Source: an uncultured bacterium
GTDB taxonomy: Bacteria > Oederibacteriota > PGYV01 > CAWJRG01
DNA length: 64,000 nt
Direction: 5' to 3'
NCBI GenBank assembly: GCA_963845185.1
Contig: CAWJRG010000009.1
Span: 673,782-737,781 of the forward strand
Part shown: piece by piece, positions 58,979-64,000 of the stretch
How positions within the stretch are numbered: position 1 is the first letter of the stretch
How the letters are laid out: each line of letters begins with the position of its first letter
Translations under genes and position numbers: made by a program
The notes under the pieces: generated by a model
The model's input: only the letters and a program-made list of their open reading frames with translations
What the model was told of the DNA's origin: nothing
The model's database searches: none

Positions 58979-59995
58979 ATGAATAAAGATATTATAACAT
59001 TGACCCATGGCAGTGGCGGTAAGGCCGCTTTAAGATTAATTAATGACTATATAAAAAAATATTTTTCAAATGAAGTTTTAAATAGAATGGAAGACGCTGC
59101 CTTATTGAAAATAAATAACAAGGCAATATGTATAACTACGGATTCATTTGTAATATCACCTTTATTTTTTTCAGGCGGTGATATAGGCAGGCTTTCAATA
59201 AGCGGAACTGTAAATGATTTAAGTGCTATGGGAACCAAACCTTTATACATTACAATAGGCTTAATTATTGAGGAAGGTTTTTCAATTGCAGATTTTGAAA
59301 AAATAATTATTTCCATGAAAAAAACTGCGGTTGAATCGGGAGTAAAAATAATTGCAGGCGATACGAAAGTCGTAGAACATGGCAAAGCCGATAAAATATT
59401 TATTAACACTACAGGAGTGGGTGAATTGATTGATTCCAAAAGCAAAATATCCGTATCAAACGCAATGCCAGGGGATGCTGTAATAATCAGCGGTTCGATA
59501 GGGGACCACGAAATAGCTATATTAAAAGAAAGAGAAGGTCTTGATTTTAAGAGTAAAATTAAGAGCGACTGTGCTCCATTGAATAAAATTATTGAAAAAC
59601 TTATAATAAATAAAATTAAAATAAATACAATGCGCGATCCGACCAGGGGTGGATTGGCAACTGTTCTTAACGAAGTTGCAACATATTCAGGCACAGACAT
59701 TTCGATTGAGGAAAGTAAAGTACCAATAAAAAAAGCCGTAAAAGCTGCTTGTGATATTCTTGGTTTTGATCCGTTTTATTTAGCTAATGAAGGTAAAATG
59801 GTAATAATATGCTCTAAAAATCACACTAAACGTGCATTGAAATTATTAAAATCTACTATTTATGGCAAAAACGCGGCATTGATTGGTTATATTGGCAACA
59901 AAAAACAAAAACCGCGTGTTACTTTAAAAACCCGAATAGGTGGAGAAAGAATTTTATTTATGACAGAAGGGGAGCAATTACCGAGAATATGTTAG
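58979..59995 (+). CDS. hypE: Hydrogenase maturation protein HypE.
   Basis: Reads ITLTHGSGG. AIR-synthase-like fold. Confidence 0.8.
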   Translation: MNKDIITLTHGSGGKAALRLINDYIKKYFSNEVLNRMEDAALLKINNKAICITTDSFVISPLFFSGGDIGRLSISGTVNDLSAMGTKPLYITIGLIIEEGFSIADFEKIIISMKKTAVESGVKIIAGDTKVVEHGKADKIFINTTGVGELIDSKSKISVSNAMPGDAVIISGSIGDHEIAILKEREGLDFKSKIKSDCAPLNKIIEKLIINKIKINTMRDPTRGGLATVLNEVATYSGTDISIEESKVPIKKAVKAACDILGFDPFYLANEGKMVIICSKNHTKRALKLLKSTIYGKNAALIGYIGNKKQKPRVTLKTRIGGERILFMTEGEQLPRIC

Positions 59996-60975
59996 AAAAT
60001 GTCAAAAAAATATTAATAGTTAAACTCAGAGATATCGGAGATATAGTGCTTTCAACACCGGTTTTAAGGATTTTAGCGCAGAATTTTCCAGAAGCTGAAA
60101 TCACTTATGTTTTGAAAAAAGAATATAAAGATTTTAAATATCTTCTACCTAATGTAAAACAAGTAATTGCTTATGACAAAAACAATATTTTCAGTTTTTT
60201 TAGTGTAGTTAATAAATTACATAGGGAAAGCTTTGATTTTGCCGTTAATCTGCATGCGACATACAGGAGTGCTCTAATTACTTTGTTTTCAGGTACAAAA
60301 ATCAGGCTTGTACATAACCATAGCGGTAAAAATTATTTCACTTCTTACCCAATTGATATAATTGAAAAACCAAAGAATATTATTGAGCGCGATATAGATA
60401 CCTTAACCCCTTTGAAGCTTAATATTCCTGATAATTTGAAAAAAACAGAGCTTTTAAAGGTAAAAGAAGACTTTTCTGAAATAGCATGGAATACTATTGG
60501 TCTTGGTATAGGCGCAAAAAGGAAAGTCAAGATATGGAATAAAGACAGGTTTATTGAGCTTGGCCGGAGTTTATCACGAATAGGGTATAATTTGGCTGTT
60601 TTTTGCTCAAATTTAGAGAAAAAGGATGGAGAATATATAACCAAGGGAATAGGCCTACAGACAAAGTTATACTGCGGGCTTGCTTTTAGGGCTTTAGGTG
60701 CAAATATAAGTAAGCTAAAATTATTTATAGGCAATGATTCTGGACTTAGGCATATTGCCGCTGCCTATAACGTGAAAACAATTACTTTATTTGGGCCAGA
60801 AAGCATTAATGAGTGGCATCCATATAAATTGGAAGATGGACATATTGCCATATTTCATAAACTGGATTGCATAAATTGCGGTCTTAAAGAGTGTACTAAA
60901 TCTGTAAATTGCATGGATAAGATAAGCGTTAATGAAGTTTTTAATGCCGTTATGGATCTAAATCTTAATAAATAA
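59989..60975 (+). CDS. Glycosyltransferase family 9 (LPS heptosyltransferase-like).
   Basis: Reads ILIVKLRDIGDIVLSTPVLRIL. Confidence 0.7.
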   Translation: MLENVKKILIVKLRDIGDIVLSTPVLRILAQNFPEAEITYVLKKEYKDFKYLLPNVKQVIAYDKNNIFSFFSVVNKLHRESFDFAVNLHATYRSALITLFSGTKIRLVHNHSGKNYFTSYPIDIIEKPKNIIERDIDTLTPLKLNIPDNLKKTELLKVKEDFSEIAWNTIGLGIGAKRKVKIWNKDRFIELGRSLSRIGYNLAVFCSNLEKKDGEYITKGIGLQTKLYCGLAFRALGANISKLKLFIGNDSGLRHIAAAYNVKTITLFGPESINEWHPYKLEDGHIAIFHKLDCINCGLKECTKSVNCMDKISVNEVFNAVMDLNLNK

Positions 60976-61192
60976 TGAATAAAATACCTCAAGCTTACCT
61001 TTAGCAAATCTATTAATTCTTTTACTTAAATTTTAAATTATTACTTTTAATGCAAAACTTTAATCTTGATTTTACTCATTAATTAAAAAAACATATAAGT
61101 CGTACTTATCATAAGATAGATTATACGAACTATAGTCATCAACTTAATTTTTTATAGAATGTAAAAATTAGTATCAAATTGAGAATATTGAA

Positions 61193-63808
61193 TTATATTG
61201 AGCTTTTACCACAACATTTCTTATATTTTTTACCAGACCCACAAGGACAAGGATCATTTCTGCCAATTTTTGGTTGTTCCCGCCTATATGTTTCTACCTT
61301 AGCCGGTTCATCTGGAGCGTTTGTATACATTTCTCTTTCTTCAAGCGCGTCTGGTTTTTGAGATGCATTCATGACAAACATCGGTCTTGATTCCTGCAAG
61401 TTTTTCGAGTGATGTTTTCTTTCTAAATTTGAATTATCAACTACTTGAACCTTAAATAGGAATTCCACAACCTCGTCATGTATTATTCCTGTCATATTTT
61501 CAAATAGTTCAAACCCCTCTCTTTTATATTCTATTAACGGGTCTTTGCCTGCATAAGCCCTTAAACCAATACCTTCTTTTAATTGGTCCATTTCATATAA
61601 ATGTTCCCTCCATTTGTTGTCAACAACTTGCAAAACTATGTTTCGTTCTATTTCCCTCATCAACTCGGAACCTATTTGACTTTCTTTTTTGTCATATTCT
61701 GTCTTAATTTTATCATATATATCGTCAAAAAGAATCTGAACTGTTAATTTTGTTGTGTCCACTTTTGATTCATCAATAATATATCTAATATTGAATGTTT
61801 GCTCAAGCATTCTTGTAAGTTCCTCATAATCCCATTCTTCTGGATATGTTTTTTCGGGAGCTACAAAATATATAATATTCCAAACTACCTCTTGTAACAT
61901 TTCAAGTATACCGTCTTTTAAATTCTGCCCTTCAAGTACTTTTTTTCTTTCGGCATATATTACTTCCCTTTGTTTGTTCATAACATCATCAAATTCAATC
62001 AAATGTTTTCTTATTGAAAAATTATGTCCTTCTACTGCCTTTTGAGCTCTTTCAATTGATTTTGTGATCCATGGATGTTCTATTCTTTCATCTTCTGTCA
62101 TGCCTATCTTGTCCATAAGGTTTTTAATTCTGTCTGAGCCAAAAATTCTCATCAAATCATCTTCCAATGATACATAGAACCTTGACGAACCTTCATCCCC
62201 TTGCCTTCCTGAACGCCCACGCAACTGATTATCAATACGTCGACTTTCATGCCTTTCAGTGCCTATTACATGAAGACCACCAAGATCCTTTACTCCGTTA
62301 CCAAGCACAATATCTGTCCCGCGGCCAGCCATATTGGTTGCTACTGTTACTGCACTTTTCTGCCCTGCAAGTGCGATTATTTCTGCTTCCCTCTCATGGT
62401 TTTTCGCGTTTAATAGCTCATGAGGTATGCCTCTTTTTTCAAGTATTGTACTAAGACGTTCGTTTTTCTCAATTGATGTTGTGCCTACAAGTGCTGGTTG
62501 ACCTCTCTTATAGCAATCAATTATATCTTCGGCAATTGCCTTGAATTTGCCTTTTTCAGTCTTATAAACAACATCAGGATTATCCATGCGTATCATAGGT
62601 TTATTTGTGGGTATTACTAAGACATCAAGTTTATATATATGCCAGAATTCTTCAGCTTCAGTTTCTGCCGTTCCGGTCATGCCAGATAATTTCTTATACA
62701 TCCTGAAATAATTTTGTAAAGTAATTGTGGCCAGCGTTTGGTTTTCACGTTCGATTTTAACTCGTTCTTTTGCCTCAACTGCTTGATGAAGTCCATCAGA
62801 CCACCTGCGCCCAGGCATCAACCGACCAGTAAACTCGTCAACTATAATTACTTTTCCTTCTTTGACAATATAGTCCTTATCGCGTTTAAACAATGTATGA
62901 GCTTTAAGCGCTTGATCAACATGATGTATTATTTCAATGTTCTGGGGTTCATAAAGATTTTGTTTGCCTAATAATTTTTCCGCTTTAGCGACGCCTGCCT
63001 CAGTAAGAGTGGATGTATGGGCTTTTTCGTCAATCTGGTAATCGGTATTAGGCATAAATTTTGGTATTATTCTGTCTATGCTATAATACAATTCTGTTGA
63101 TTCCTCTGCGGGGCCTGAAATAATAAGAGGTGTCCGTGCTTCATCGATTAATATGCTGTCAACTTCATCAACTATAGCATAATTCAATTCACGTTGAACT
63201 CTTTCTTGTGGATAAACAGCCATGTTATCCCTTAAATAATCAAATCCAAATTCATTATTTGTCCCGTAAGTTATATCACATGCGTAAGCCTTCTGACGTT
63301 CTTCGGTTGAAAATTCATTTTTTATGCATCCTACCGTAAGTCCGAGAAAATTATAAATGTTACCCATGCCCTTAAAATTACCCTTACCCATGCTGTCTCG
63401 TTCGGCAAGATAATCATTAACAGTTACAACGTGTACGCCTTTACCGGCAAGGGCATTTAAATATACAGGAAGTGTCGCAACAAGCGTTTTCCCTTCGCCA
63501 GTTTTCATCTCTGCTATTTTCCCGTGATGAAGTACCATGCCTCCCATTAATTGCACATCAAAATGCCTTAAGCCAAGAGTTCTTTTACTTGCTTCGCGGA
63601 CAACAGCAAAAGCTTCCGGAAGAAGATCTTCCAAAGTTTCGCCGTTTTTATAACGGTTTTTTAAAATTTCGGTTTGATTTTTCAAATCACCATCAGATAA
63701 TTTTTTAAGTTCTTCTTCAAGCAAGTTTATTTGCTCAACTACAGGCAGCATTTTTTTCATTTCCCTTTCATTTCTTGTTCCCAAAACTTTTTTAATAAAA
63801 TCAAGCAT
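61193..63808 (-). CDS. secA: Preprotein translocase ATPase SecA.
   Basis: 871 aa. DEAD-like motor domain. C-terminal zinc-binding region reads [14 protein letters not shown]. Confidence 0.9.
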   Translation of the reverse strand: MLDFIKKVLGTRNEREMKKMLPVVEQINLLEEELKKLSDGDLKNQTEILKNRYKNGETLEDLLPEAFAVVREASKRTLGLRHFDVQLMGGMVLHHGKIAEMKTGEGKTLVATLPVYLNALAGKGVHVVTVNDYLAERDSMGKGNFKGMGNIYNFLGLTVGCIKNEFSTEERQKAYACDITYGTNNEFGFDYLRDNMAVYPQERVQRELNYAIVDEVDSILIDEARTPLIISGPAEESTELYYSIDRIIPKFMPNTDYQIDEKAHTSTLTEAGVAKAEKLLGKQNLYEPQNIEIIHHVDQALKAHTLFKRDKDYIVKEGKVIIVDEFTGRLMPGRRWSDGLHQAVEAKERVKIERENQTLATITLQNYFRMYKKLSGMTGTAETEAEEFWHIYKLDVLVIPTNKPMIRMDNPDVVYKTEKGKFKAIAEDIIDCYKRGQPALVGTTSIEKNERLSTILEKRGIPHELLNAKNHEREAEIIALAGQKSAVTVATNMAGRGTDIVLGNGVKDLGGLHVIGTERHESRRIDNQLRGRSGRQGDEGSSRFYVSLEDDLMRIFGSDRIKNLMDKIGMTEDERIEHPWITKSIERAQKAVEGHNFSIRKHLIEFDDVMNKQREVIYAERKKVLEGQNLKDGILEMLQEVVWNIIYFVAPEKTYPEEWDYEELTRMLEQTFNIRYIIDESKVDTTKLTVQILFDDIYDKIKTEYDKKESQIGSELMREIERNIVLQVVDNKWREHLYEMDQLKEGIGLRAYAGKDPLIEYKREGFELFENMTGIIHDEVVEFLFKVQVVDNSNLERKHHSKNLQESRPMFVMNASQKPDALEEREMYTNAPDEPAKVETYRREQPKIGRNDPCPCGSGKKYKKCCGKSSI

Positions 63809-64000
63809 TAGTATTTACTCCTTTAAGAATTGAAAAATTTCTCTAATGATAACATAATTAGAGCGTTTTTCAATAATGATGTTTGTAAGTTCGTATTGTT
63901 TGTTTTTTAGTATAATATATTCTTATAATAAATAACCATCAATGCAAGATCTGCCATGAAATGACTTATTATTGGTGCGTATATATTGCTATTTATATGC

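Overview
This 64 kb window comes from an uncultivated-looking bacterium with about 45% GC. Of roughly 62 called genes, all but one (secA) lie on the + strand. The left ~43 kb is an accessory, repeat-rich island. It carries four toxin-antitoxin modules (HTH-Doc, two RelB/ParD-RelE/ParE pairs, and an AbiEii-AbiEi pair in inverted order), an orphan Rhs C-terminal toxin tip with an immunity-like gene, an En-minus group II intron, and an IS1182-family transposase. It also holds a tandemly expanded family of secreted glycoside hydrolases, many lipoproteins that share one signal peptide, and NHL-repeat adhesins with T9SS/FlgD-Ig-like C-terminal domains next to a PorV-like outer-membrane barrel. The right ~21 kb is core genome: rho, rpmE, a DUF1385 gene, prfA, an ankyrin insert, prmC, dnaE, a SpoIID-like gene, a C-terminal-only hypF followed by hypCDE, a GT9 heptosyltransferase, and secA on the minus strand. 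The most unusual signal is a family of ~105-nt two-hairpin elements, at least 11 copies, several in tandem. Each sits immediately 5' of the Shine-Dalgarno of an unrelated gene, including the TA operons, lipoproteins and the transposase. The stems show multiple compensatory base changes around a conserved asymmetric internal loop. I do not recognise this element as any described RNA family, attC site, REP or dif site. No rRNA, tRNA or CRISPR was found.
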